From assembly GCF_021028975.2 (NCBI RefSeq), contig NC_059438.1, positions 186,001-250,000 of the forward strand: a DNA stretch of 64,000 nucleotides. The letters run 5' to 3'. The notes beneath the pieces are model-generated. The model was not told the DNA's origin. It made no database searches and saw only the letters and a program-made list of their open reading frames with translations. Position 1 is the first letter of the stretch. Each line of letters starts with the position of its first letter. Source of the stretch: Sphaerodactylus townsendi (taxonomy: Eukaryota). Shown in pieces: positions 46,387-58,784 of this stretch. Both the position numbers and the translations under genes were made by a program.

Positions 46387-47423
46387 TGTTACCACTGCTG
46401 CTTGGGTAACATTAAGTGATCTTATTTCAGGCAATGTAGTGAGGCGCAGGAAGCTGGTGTTCTTCGAAAGTAGAATATTTTTATTCAAAAGTCATTGATA
46501 CAGCTTGGGCAGGGGAATCGCACCTCCGTAGCCAAGCGCAGGAACTTTTATACACACAGATCAAAAGAGGGCAAGGGGGCAGGTAAGGGGGCAGGTCCCT
46601 TACCTTGCAACAATAAAGAAACATCAACACATAAATGAGAGGTACAATTACAACTTTGTGAATGGGACCATGAGATCTCGCTGTCAGGCGTCTTTCCGCG
46701 AGACTTTACAATAGTGCAGGAACAGGGAGCAAAGAGTGTCCATTCATAAAACTGGGTGAGGTTGTTAATGCACCCAGGTATCTGGTTATCAGATGGGCTG
46801 TTTCCTTAAATTATGTCCTGAGGCTCCCGCACCTCAGTCCTGCAACAAAAGAAAGTTCAAATGGTCCAATGGTGGTCTTGGCGTATTCTTCAACGGCTGG
46901 GACCTCTGAGGTGTCGTCATCAGATTCAATTTGTAATTCCAAGAGGGTCTTTGTTTTGCTAAAAGAGATCTCCCGGGTGTTGGTCCAGAATTCCAGGACA
47001 AACTTCCTTGGGTCTTAATATCAGCTGTTACAAGCCATTGCTTTTTCTAACAGATACAAATATCTAAAGTAACATTTCTAAGTTAAACATTAGATGTAAT
47101 CCTAAAGAACTTACAATATACCTTATATATGTGAACAAGAATATCCTAAACTAACATTAATCGACTGGAAAACCTAGCTAAGACATAAGCATAAGCGTTA
47201 GGCAATCAATAAATCCAACACTGAAGGGCTTATGCTAAGTCTTAAAAGAAATAAAATCAGGAAGAGAACTATATGAAACATTAGCACAACCATATATACA
47301 TGTCTTTTTCAGGCCCTATGGAGACTTTTGGATCACACTGGTCTCTTTGCTCTGGGGCTTGTGTCCAGTGCAGTCTGGTGATAGGCTCAGGAAAATATTT
47401 TTATATTTTTCCTGCCGGTAACA
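46387..47423 (-). mobile_element. Solo LTR (~1037 bp)
   Basis: TGTTACC...GGTAACA inverted termini; 4-bp TSD GTGG; minus-strand TATAAAA at ~46551-46545 and AATAAA at ~46485-46480; splits an older tagggctgcca-type repeat. Confidence 0.8.
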
Positions 47424-48241
47424 GTGGTGGCTGGAGATCTCCCACTATTACAGCTGATCTCCAGGCAACAGAGATCAGTTCACCTGGAGAAAATGACCGC
47501 TTTGGTAGGTGGACTTGATGGCCTTGTATCCCATTTATGCTCCTCCCCTCCTTATGTCCCCACCCCCAAATCTGCAGGTATTTCCTAACCCATAGCTAAC
47601 AACTCTACTAATCTCATTATAGGCTGCTGCTTGAACTATTTTATGGTACCAAACAACTTTTTCCTGTCTTTTTTTTTATATCTTGAACTTCACATACGCA
47701 TTGCAGATTTGACAATTTCACACTATTTTTGTCAGGAAACTGTTATTTTAAGTTGTCAGTGATCTATTTTTATGGCCAATGATTTTATGCTGGGCTGGGA
47801 ATTTAATGCTAGATCTTAATTAGCATCTTTTCATACTTTATTTTTATTGTTTTCATTTTGTCAGATGCCACAGGCAAGTTCCCAAGAGAGTCAGCTTATA
47901 CATTTTCTAAATAAAGAAATATATAAATATTGTCTGTAGAAAGTCATCACTGGCTGCATGTGATCCAAAAAAGTGATGTTATTGTTCTGCTACTAGTAGA
48001 CTGTATGCTTATGCCCTTAAGAATAGATTTTGTGTCTGTGCAGTTGTATAGTGATTTGATTCCCAGATGGGAGGGATTGTTTTGTTAGTAGATACCAATT
48101 GTACAGTGTTAAAGGCAGTGGAACTATGGGGGTAATTTCAGGGACAGTTTAGCAGCCCAATAATTGGATACTGAACAAAACCAAATGCCCCTTTGTGTGA
48201 CCTCGTAATAAAGTTTATGAGTTACTTTACAGCAATTGATG

Positions 48242-48333
48242 ACAGATTTTGCTTGCTATCTTCCAGGTAGAGTAATATGAAATCACCACAGATTTTGCTT
48301 GCTATCTTCCAGGTAGAGTAATATGAAATCACC
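48242..48333. repeat. Perfect 46-bp tandem duplication
   Basis: acagattttgcttgctatcttccaggtagagtaatatgaaatcacc x2. Confidence 0.95.
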
Positions 48334-48754
48334 CTATATTATGTGATTTTAAAATTGTGTCCTTAGGAGAGCATCTTTGTCTCCCCAAACGCCTTCTCAA
48401 AATCAAGACTTCCTTTTATAGCCTAAGGGCATTCCTGCACGAGATTCCCTTCAAAGCTCTGGGGTGACAATCACATGCATGGAATCATTACAAGTTAAAC
48501 CCCATCTGTGCCTCTCAAGGACTCTAATGGTTTGTAAGGTTGGGTATAAATATCTGAGTGGACAAATGTAATAAAATGATTCTTGCTGTGATCCTATAGA
48601 GGATCAAAGGACTTTTATTCAACGCAGCAAGGAATTGCACATGACTCAATCTACTGTGGGATTCTGTCAACATTTCTAACAATGCAAACCAGGGTAGGAA
48701 GAGGAATTGCTTCTGCCCCTTTAAGAGACTGACACTGTCCCAGAAGTGAGCTAT

Positions 48755-48760
48755 TATAAA
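48755..48760 (+). promoter_or_regulatory. Probable CA7 TATA box
   Basis: TATAAA ~70 nt upstream of the CA7 ATG in a non-CpG-island context. Confidence 0.5.
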
Positions 48761-48825
48761 GGCAGGTAAGCTGCAGTTCTTGGATTAAAGAGCTGGCAGC
48801 AAAGGAGAAAGAAGGAGGCTGCATC

Positions 48826-51800
48826 ATGACCAGTCATAAGTGCTGGGGATACGGGCAGAAGGACGGTAGGTTGTCTGCACTCTTTCCACCTCTGTTTCTT
48901 CCCTTTCTCGTCTATTCTGCTTAATATATTTAGATACAAACTGCTTGCTACTGAAGTGTGACAGGCAGGTAACTGGTTAACTGATAAGCAAGTCTTGAAT
49001 TATTGCTTGGAACTGGCACAAATTTCAGTGCCTAATGAATGCTCCCCAAAGCACGGCCCAGCAACAACCATAGATGCTTTTTCCATTTCCTTTGAGCACA
49101 AGAAGCAATACATTTTCTTGGTGACCTGGATGACCTTTGCCCTTTCAAGAGTCCTTTCCAAATAATAAAACCATGCACTTTTCACTTAATGCACTCCCAC
49201 AAATGCTGAAGGGGACAGAGTTTTTGTAGGACTTGAGCCAAGAGGGAAGAGCCGTGCTCCAGAACCGAACCAGAAGGGCTGCGGAAGCGTACAGGTAAAA
49301 CAAATGCCATCGAAAGGGACTCCAAATAATTGAAGCACATATGTGAGAATGGGATGGAGAGCCCTGCTATGTTCACCAGTTATTTTTATATGAGCATTCC
49401 TGCAGCTGAGCAGAGCAAAGAAAGAATGCACAAAAGCAGGAGAAAATTATTAAAACATTTCTAAAATTGTCAGAATGCTTCAGATGTGTTACTTTTCACT
49501 GGTGACGCAACAAGCACTGTAGAGGCACATCACACTTTGTGGCAGCAAGCTACACAGCTCTTAGTTCCAATGACTGACGGGAAGAATGGAAGGGGGATAA
49601 TATCAGTGACATAACATTGAACCCTGGGAAAATGTGTACGGGAAGGAGCATCTCTCAGCAGGGCAGCGCCTAATGCTGCTTACATAGAATCTCTGTCTCT
49701 CTGTCTCTCTGTCTCTGCCTCTCTCTCTCAGAAAGTCTATATATTTCCTGAGACTCCCATAGAGCTTCTGCCAGTTACAATATGGGCTACCATTTTAATG
49801 CAATGTAAGGGGGGAAATATGCACCTGAAAGTAAAAAGTCTGGCTAGTTTCTAAGTATCATCTTGTATGTTTTGTAGCTGATCAAAATTAGAACTCAGAA
49901 TTGGTGCCATGTTGTGTATCTTGTTCCACAGGACCTGGAGCTTCTGATGTTGCCAGAGTAGGGGGGAATACCCACTACCATAATTTCCATACTACTGTGA
50001 TGTTGGCAGATGTTTTATAGTACAGAGGTTCACTGTTCCCAAAATTAGTTCTTTGGTAGCCTGGAGGGATCACTGATTATTCTAGACAAGCTCATTGGTG
50101 ACTTTGACCAAAGGAAATATTTCCTTATGCAACAAGTGATTAAAACGTGGAATTTGTTGCCAGAGGATATAGTGATGGTCACAAGCATAGATAGTTTTAA
50201 AAGGGTGTTAGACAAATCCATGCAAGGCAGGTCCTTCAGTGTCTACTAGCCATGGGGACTAAAGGGAGCCTTTACATTGAAAGGCAGTCAGCCTCTGAAT
50301 CCCAGTACCAGGAGGCAAGGCCTCAGCCTCAGTGTTCTTTTGTTGACCCTCCAGACTGGTCGGCTACTGCGTGAGACAGGCTTCTAGACTAGATGGAGCA
50401 CTGATCTGATCCAGCAGGGCTCTTCTTATGTTCTTATGATTGTCCCCCTCACAGTAAGGCAACAGTCAAACAACTTACAAGAACAAAAAGGGACTGTCTA
50501 TGGTCTTGAAGTAACAGTGGCTTTCATTGTTTTTCAGGACCCGCTCAGTGGCACACGGTCTACCCCATTGCCCAAGGAAACCGTCAATCCCCAATTGACA
50601 TAGATTCAAAGCAAGCCATTTTCGACCCCTGTTTGAAGCCTTTCCGGGTTTCGTATGAATTGTGTGCATCTCTTGAGCTCTCCAACAATGGACACTCGGT
50701 CACGGTGGACTTTAAGGATGTTGATGACAAGGCAGGTAAGCATTGCTGGTTACTGTCACACTCCCGTAAAGGACGGGAATGGCAAAGGCCTGTTTGAGCC
50801 TGGCTGAGGTCAGACTCAAATGGGCCCTTGCTGCCCCTGAGCTCCACTTGGGGATTGGGGGGTGGGGCAATCTGGCTGGTGAGTCTGGCCAGCTCTGCTC
50901 CCGATCTCCATCTGGAGATTGAGGATGGGGCTAGCCCTGCTCACTGGCGGTCTACTGCTTCCCACCCCACACTCCCTGGCTGGAGAATTTGGGGCCAGGG
51001 AGCAGCTGCGGGGGGCACAGCACCTGGGGTAAGCCCCAGGCAGCCTTTTATTAAGCTACGCCCCTGGGTGGAGCCTGTGGAGGGTGGGGAGGAGCAGGGC
51101 CTCGCTGGGGTATAATGCCACAGAGTCCACCCTCCAAAGCAGCCATTTTTTTCAGCGGAACTCATTTTTGTTGTCTGGAGATCAGTTCTAATTCGGGGAG
51201 ATCTTCAGGCCCCACCTGGAGGTTGGCAGCCCTACCCCAAGGCCAATGAGAAACCAGTTCTCTTCTTCCTTTACTGGACGGTCAGAGCAGCTGAGCTGCA
51301 CATCTCTTCAGACCCTCCCTATCCCAGTGTCTTACAACCAGCAGCCCCAAGGCTTAGATCTACACACTTTGGCTCTTGCCCTTCAGTTCACACCAAAGGC
51401 TGGTGCCTCAGGATCAGATCAAGCTTTAAAACGTTTTCAAAATTGTCCATACAATGACATTATATTTATTTTAATACCTCCCCTTTCTCCCAAAGCAGCT
51501 TGTGTGACTCCGCCTTGATGAGCTTGTATGACTCTCCGTTCTCCATTTCATCCTCACAACAACCTTGTGAGGCAAATTAGGCTGAAAGGAATAAGCACCC
51601 CCCAGGTCACCCAGCAAACTTCCATGTCAGAGCAGGGATTTGAACCTGGACCTCCCAGAGCTTAGTCTGACACGAAGTCTAACAGTAGTGGTACAGAATA
51701 TGAATGAATTGTGTTGCCTGCTTGTTTAATGTGTACAAGATAATGCGTAGAGAGCCAGCATGGTGTAGTGGTTAAGAGCAAGTGCACCTGGAGAACCAGG

Positions 51801-54704
51801 TTTGATTCCCCGCTCTGCCACTTGAGCTGTGGAGGCTTATCTGGTGAACCAGATTAGCCTGTGCACTGCAGCACATGCTATCTGGGTGACCTTGGGCTAG
51901 TCACAGTTCTTCAGAGCTCTCTCAGCCCCACCCACTTCACAGGGTGTTTGTTGTGGGGTGGGGGAGGGAAAGGAGATTGTAAGACCCTTTGAGTCTCCTT
52001 CAGAAGAGAAAGGGGGGTATAAATCCAAACTCTTCTTCTTCTACAAAATATTGCTCCATCTCTTCCACCAACTTACCCTCCCTATACAGTTATCCCTGTA
52101 CAGTTGAAGCAACACTAGAATTAGAAAGAGGCAGACTTCCGAGTGAGTAGGAGGCACAAGAGAGAAGAACTTGGAAAGCTTTGCCTGTACATCTATCCCA
52201 TTCATTGAGGGAGAAGGGATGTTTACCTTACGTTGGTTCATGCCCAAATTCTGGTATTATGGTGCCAAAGGTTTCCCCTGGATAGAGTGTGATGCAAAAA
52301 AAAAAAAGGCCTTCAATGCTATGGTTACAGTCTCCCGTGACAGATCAAGAAACACTGGTGAGGCCATTCCTGATATCACTACAGCATTATCAGGTGCTGT
52401 ATTAAGTTGCAGCCACTCAGTCACTTAAGACGAACCTAACTTGCAAAGACCTCGGAGTAGGAACAGTTCAGTATATGTGTAGCATCTAATGGGATTTCAA
52501 GGACATTGAGGCAAAGAGAATGAATCGCTTCTCCATAAAGTTGAACAGAAGTGTTGCAGGACCGAGCTAGCTCAAAGTTGTTTGTTTTTTTAAATTTAAA
52601 TTAATTATTTGTTTGTTTGTTTTGGCCAGTCTCAATATGGTAAGGGTAAGGATGTCCCCCTATGAATTAAAAGTGCGTGCATTAGAACCACAACATCAGG
52701 ATTCTGCGGCACATTGCCCACACAGCAAACCTGCCGTGCCAGAAACTAAGGGATACCCCAAGTTCGTGTCCTGCTTCCTGCTTTACAGATGCCCTTTGAG
52801 TTGCCTTTGACATGTACCAACTCAGTCTGTATGAGAGAGCTGGCTCTGCGTCCAGATGGAAGCTTTTGTGTCAGATATGCTGCAGCAGTGTCCTGAACAT
52901 CCACAGTCTTTACAGGGACTGCATTCTTCCAGTAAAATGTTGTTTTATTTATGGAAATAGGGGTCAGCTACATGTTATGACATACCAGACTCAGGGATGA
53001 TGTGAGGAAAATATACCATGTCATTAGGCCCTGTCATTCATGGGGATTTGAACCCAGATATTCTGCACATCCTTAAAAAAAATGAAAATCACTACACCAT
53101 AGTAATCCTTTGCTTTACTTCCTGCTCACAGTGGTAAGCGGAGGGCCACTGGAAGATCCTTACAGACTAAAACAGTTCCATTTTCACTGGGGGAAAAACC
53201 GTGGTTGCGGATCAGAGCACACCATTGATGGCAAGCCTTTTCCTTGTGAGGTGAGTCACAACCTGTCTGCTGTGGTTGCAAAGGAAACCATAGCCTGCGG
53301 AAGTGAAGCAATCTTTCTTGGAAAATATCATTTGTAGTGTAAGAGAAGGCTTATGTTTCTCTAGAGTTGCAGAAATGTGATGCAGAGCACAGATTTGTTT
53401 GTATGTATCAGCACCCTCCAGATGGTTGATTGCTGTGCAACAGTAAAATCACAAAAATAGGCCCTGTCTGAATTGCTTACTCTGGCCGTTTCCGCATGGG
53501 CATTTAATGGCGGCCTGGAGACGGCAAAAACGCCGTCTCCAGGCCGCCATTCACACAGGGGGCGCAGCTGCATCGCAGCCACGCCGCGAAGCCGGCGTTT
53601 CCCCAGAGTGCTCGGAAGCGCTCTTGTTGGGGAAATGCCCCCTCAAAGCCGCTGCCGAGCGAACAGCAGCGGCTTCGAGACGCCTCCCCCACCCGGCACT
53701 TACCTTGTCCCCGGGCCTCTGGCGCGTCGCCGAGGCCTGGGGACACGCCCCCCTGCCCTGGCCCGGGGACATGCCGGGTCGGCTGGGTGCCGGCGCTGCA
53801 TGGCGCCGGCTGCCCGGCTCTTTCCAGGACCGTCCATGCGGACGGTCCCAGCGTCGTCAGGTCGGCGTCGGAAACGCCAACCCGGCCTTTTCCACATTCG
53901 TGCGGAAACGGCCTATGATGGAAAGGTGTAAAAGACCAAATTCAGGTATTGGCTGTGACATGGACATTGATGCTCCCCGTGATAGTGTGGATATGTTCTG
54001 ACTGAAGCAGCATTCGATAGAGAGCTCTCTATTGATATCGCTTCATAGGAAGTGGTGTCATACTGTATGCTGTTCCAAAATGGATCCAAGATTTTTGTTC
54101 TAAAGCCCTGGCGAGTTCCGGCATGACAGATTCATGAACCTTGATCTGAAACAAGAGTTTTCTTTTGTGTTTACAGTCACTGTTGATTGATTCAATAAAG
54201 CAATGGTTATTTGCAAGTTTCCTGAGCTTCGTCGACTTTCCAGAAATTCTGGCAGCTTTTCTGTTCTGAGCAAAGCTAAGCATTTGTTGTTCTCAAACAT
54301 AATCAGCCTTGACCTTGTCAGTTAACATTGACAATAACGATGCATAACTCCCTTCACCAGCTCCACTTAGTTCACTGGAACGCCAGGAAATATGGAACCT
54401 TTGGAGAGGCAGCGGAGGCTCCAGATGGCCTAGCCGTGGTTGGCATCTTCTTAGAGGTAAGAGCCACAGAAATAATTGCTTCTGCTCAGAGAGATGTTAC
54501 CTTTTCCACAGTTTAAGATCCAAAGTGCATGTTTAAGAAGCTGGATTTGTGTTGGAGAAAGATGCTTAATGAAACTAAGCATATAAATAGCACTTTTAAG
54601 TGCTCAAACTGTTTCATGTTCATCATCACTGTAATCATGTGATATGCTATGGATAGGACCGTCTTGACTTGGATCTGTCTCAGCTACGCTGGTCCCATCA
54701 GATC

Positions 54705-54784
<80 letters not shown>

Positions 54785-57700
54785 GCATTTTTATACCGCC
54801 CTCCCCCGGAGGGCTCAGGGCGGTGTACAACACTAACCAACAAACAATAAAACAAGATAAAAATAAATTAAGATTTAAAATGCAGCATTCCATATCAAAC
54901 CTTATTTAAATTTTTAAAATAGATGGCATCCGACTATTAAAACCTCCTCTTAAGAGAGGGACAGTGGGTCTAGGATGTTTCTCAGCATGTTTGTTTCGGG
55001 CACCCACATCAGCGGCTGGTCTCCCCAAAGGCCCGGTGGAAAAGCTCAGTCTTACAGGCCCTGTGGAACTCATTGAGGTCCCGCAGGGCCCGGACAGCTG
55101 GAGGGAGAGCATTCCACCAGGCAGGGGCCAGGGCCGTAAAAGCCCTGGCCCTGGTGGAGGCCAGCCGCATCATAGAGGGGGCTTAGAAGCTAAGCAGTGT
55201 TATCCCTGGTTACTATTTGGATGAGAGACTATTGAGGATGTTCTAGATCAGGGGTAGGGAACCTGCGGCTCTCCAGATGTTCAGGAACTACAATTCCCAT
55301 CAGCCCCTACCATCAGCCCCAATTGGCCATGCTGACAGAGGCTGATGGGAATTGTAGTTCCTGAACATCTGGAGAGCCGCAGGTTCCCTACCCCTGTTCT
55401 AGATGCTAGGCAGAGGCAGGCAATGGCAAACCACCTCTATTCGTCTCTTGTGGGGTGGCTTGTTGAAAGCCACCTAGTGAGTTGGGATCAAAACTGGCTG
55501 GGATGACATTTGAACTAGCAACTTTTGGAACTTAGCTCTGGCTCTTTGCACCTGTGCTACAAAAGCCAGTAAGGAAACTGCAATCATTAAGCTATATACC
55601 TGATTATGTAGCTATAATATCTTTACTTTAAGAAGTAAACTGCATTTTCATTTGACCTCATCTGGGCAGCACAAGCCGACCAGCTATCTACTGCTACAGT
55701 CATTGTTATGCAAGTCCACATTCTTATACAGCTTTTTTGTCTTTTTTAAAATTTTAGATTGGGAAAGAACATGCTGGTATAAACAGAATAACAGATGCCT
55801 TGTACATGGTCAAATACAAAGTAAGTCTTACATCAAAATTTAGTGTCATCTGTGCGTGATCTGGAACTTTTTGTTCAGACATTGCTGGAGTGGTAGGTAG
55901 CCCCCATTATGGTCATGAAAGCAACAAAACCGGGCCATCTCTAAACAAACTGGGGTGGGGCTGGTTCTACATGTGTGGGACCTCCCTGGCATGCAAGAAC
56001 AAAAAAAGTCATCAGAGTAAAAAATGGGCATAGGACTCAAAGGCAATTTGGTATATTCCAGGAGACATAGATAGTACAGAACAGGGGTCGGGAACCTTTT
56101 CCCCTCAAAGAGCCATTTGGCTCACCACCAAATTTGGCTCACCACCAAAGAGCCATTTGGCTCACCCCCCCACCCACTCGCTCACCCCCCGTCCGCTCCC
56201 CCGCCGACTTGCTCGCTCGCTCGCTAGCCCTCCCTCACCCACCCACCCCCGCGGGCTAGAGATGTGCCCGCCCTGCTTCCTGCAGGGTGGGCGAAGAGGG
56301 GCCCGGCGGCTCGGCCTGCCCAGCCGCCGGGAGAGCGCCCGCCCCGCAATCAGCGGGGCCGGCAGGAGCCAGAGCCCGCGGCGCGGCCTCGCCGGCCACG
56401 GGCTAGAGATGTGCCCGCCCTGCTTCCTGCAGGGCGGGCGAAGAGGGGGCCGGCGGCTCCGTTCATGGAGCCGCAGAACAGCGGCGGAAGAGCCGCATGC
56501 GGCTCGCGAGCCGCGGGTTCCCGACCCCTGGTACAGAACATTTGAATCCATTATGGAGCAAGTGTTAGAGAAGAGGGTATAGTGCAGTGGTGGCGAACCT
56601 TTGGCACTCCAGATGTTATGGACTACAATTCCCATCAGCCCCTGCCAGCACAGCCAATTGGCCATGCTGGCAGGGGCTGATGGGAATTGTAGTTCATAAC
56701 ATCTGGAGTGCCAAAGGTTCGCCACCACGGGTATAGTGCAATCCTAAGGAGAAGTTACCCCAGTATACGCTCATTTATTGCAATAGACTTAAACAGGAGT
56801 AACTCTTCTTAAGATTGCGCTGTTATCTTACTGGTGTGCTTGTGAATTTATAGAATCCCAAGGGAAGAGATTTTGGGGGTAGGATTTCCAAATTGTCCCC
56901 CCTCCCCACCACACACACAAATAATTCTTCACAGACCTCCAGTTTGTCAAGTATTGACTTTTGTGTCTTGGGGTCAATGGATGAACAGTTTTCTCTCCAG
57001 TCGCAGCACTATAAATATGCCATTGTGACAGTAATAAAAACTTCACCTTCCATAACCTTATCTCGGTCCCCTTTCGTTTGGATTTCTTCCATCCCCCTTT
57101 GGACCCAATGCCTTGAGGACTGTAGTTCAGTTCATGCGCTTGAGCCATGTACGGGGTCATTTCTGATACTGTTTCTGCCGCATGTCCATAATGCTAGAGG
57201 AGAAGTTCACACTGAGAAGCCAAACCTGTACTTGGGTTCAGACCACATCCGACTGTAGTGGGGTCCCACAGAATGCTTCATCATACAAAAGAGCAGGAAA
57301 AAGTACTCCACCCAAATACTAATTGTGGAGAAGGACTGAAGCTTAGTGTCTTCTGGACGAAGGTCTGTTTTTCTTCTAAATCAGCTGTCGCCACAAATCC
57401 TTTTCTTCTACGTATTTTGACTCTGAGCTTGTCAATTTCAGTCTGAAATCCTGATCAACCACTGTGGTTTGGATACCTTTGACACAGATTCATAGTGCTA
57501 GGCAAGAACAATCCTTGAGTAGCTTCCAGAAATTTTTGAACATATAGGTTGCACCTTTGGTTCCTGCTCTTTTTATTACCCCCCAACCATCCTAATCCTG
57601 GTTCCTCCTTTCTTTAGGGAACAAAGGCTAAGTTTAAGTGCTTCAACCCGAGAAGTCTCCTGCCCTCTTGTCTAGATTACTGGACATATCCTGGATCTTT

Positions 57701-58784
57701 GACAACCCCTCCCCTTAATGAGAGTGTGACTTGGATAGTCCTGAAGGATGCCATTAGGATATCTGAAAAACAGGTACTTGTATCCTTTCGTTTGTTTTTG
57801 CAATAAGAGCCATGATCTCTGCTCTTAAAAACTTGTATGCTGACATAGTATATTGGTTTATTTGTATAGCAACAACGCAAGGTCTGCAATACTTGGAGAG
57901 GCAGCATGCGTAGTGGTTAGAGTGTCAGCCAAGGTTCTGGAAGAGCCAGGTTCAAATCCCAGCTCTGTGATGGAAGCTCTTGGGTGACCCTGAGCCAGTC
58001 ACAAATTCTCAGCCTAGCCTACCTCATAGATTTGTTGTGAAGATAAAACTGACCAATGATCTCTGTCATTTCTGTCAAGCATCCCTGTGGAGATGTTCAA
58101 TGTATGTCCAAGGCTTTCACAGCCAGAATCTACTACTAGAGCCGAGCTGCACAACCCGGAAAACCCACAACAATCACCCCATTCTTAAGTCCCATAAAAA
58201 TATTTGTCTGCCATTCCCTTTGTATTAATTATTTAAACACCCACCTATTTTTCAAATAGACTGTAACTTAAATATTTCCTTTTCCTTTTTAAAGAGCTTT
58301 ATTTGGTTCCATACTGAGCCACATTCAGCTCAGGAGCCACAGTTTGTAGATCCTTGTAAATAGACTTTACAGACTGAAAACAAAGTCATTTTTAATCTGT
58401 AAAATTACACAGTAATCCAAAGCTGAGTAGTTCCTTTCTAAGTTCAATGAACTTAGAAAGTCAATGGGCATTTGGACATCTGACTCTGTTCAGGGTGGGA
58501 TTGTTGGTCTGCTAAAACTCCTTTGAGCCCATTTGTTCACTGCAAAGATCTGCTGGCTCTTATGATGAAAGATATCTGTGCCTTTCCTGCTGGCTCTTGC
58601 TTTTGGCCTCATTCTCTGATGACCTTCCTAAGCAGTAATGCTATTGTGCCTGAATTTACAGATGGGGAAATTCCGAACCCTCCTCTTTACCACTGAGGAA
58701 GATGAAAGGATCCACATGGTGAATAACTTTCGCCCCCCGCAGCCTCTCAAGGGAAGAGTCGTACGTGCATCTTTCAAGGTTTAA
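48826..58784 (+). CDS. CA7: Carbonic anhydrase 7, complete, 264 aa
   Basis: Exons 48826-48865 ([13 protein letters not shown]), 50538-50735 (RQSPIDI, NNGHS), 53132-53250 (QFHFHWG, GSEH), 54361-54456 (LHLVHWN), 55758-55820, 57618-57773 (YPGSLTTPP), 58662-58784 ([19 protein letters not shown]). Total 795 nt. Zinc-ligand histidines, the His64 equivalent and the Thr199 equivalent are intact. Confidence 0.97.
50085..50440 (+). mobile_element. CR1-type LINE 3' end fragment
   Basis: Degenerate CR1 ORF2 C-terminal signature (WNLLPEDIV...FKRVLD) and (TTCTTATG)-type tail. Confidence 0.65.
51750..52042 (+). mobile_element. tRNA-derived SINE (Squam3-like)
   Basis: Full-length with (CTT)n tail. Confidence 0.85.
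53484..53913. mobile_element. GC-rich PIF/Harbinger-like MITE
   Basis: TIR GGCCGTTTCCGCA / TGCGGAAACGGCC; flanks TCT/TAT. Confidence 0.75.
54708..55181 (-). mobile_element. LINE 3' fragment (L2-type) with (AATC)n tail
   Basis: (TTGA)n at 54708-54782 followed by ttttataccgccctcc...gctcagggcgg; short CTTA duplication at the flanks. Confidence 0.55.
55249..55396. mobile_element. Palindromic hAT MITE
   Basis: TIR CAGGGGTAGGGAACC; near-perfect hairpin; 8-bp TSD TTCTAGAT. Confidence 0.9.
56082..56530. mobile_element. GC-rich non-autonomous hAT element
   Basis: TIR CAGGGGTCGGGAACC; 8-bp TSD GTACAGAA; internal ~65-bp duplication. Confidence 0.9.
56585..56730. mobile_element. Palindromic hAT MITE
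   Basis: TIR CAGTGGTGGCGAACC; 8-bp TSD GTATAGTG. Confidence 0.9.

Larger units (their letters stand above)
54676..55450 (+). mobile_element. 5S-rRNA-derived SINE split by two younger insertions
   Basis: Joined flanks read atcagatcttagaagctaagcag...cctggttactatttggatgagagac (5S internal promoter region) followed by gcagaggcaggcaatggcaaaccacctct (Sauria/RTE-type 3' part). Confidence 0.65.

Noticed and set aside
51750-51830. tRNA-like box A/B heads (here and in other SINE copies)
   Set aside because: SINE heads without a full cloverleaf; not tRNA genes.
54690-55240. 5S rRNA-like sequence
   Set aside because: Partial, diverged, interrupted and fused to a SINE body; not an rRNA gene.
53473-56728. 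GC-rich ORFs of 140-190 aa in CA7 introns
   Set aside because: They lie within non-autonomous MITEs and show no transposase motifs.
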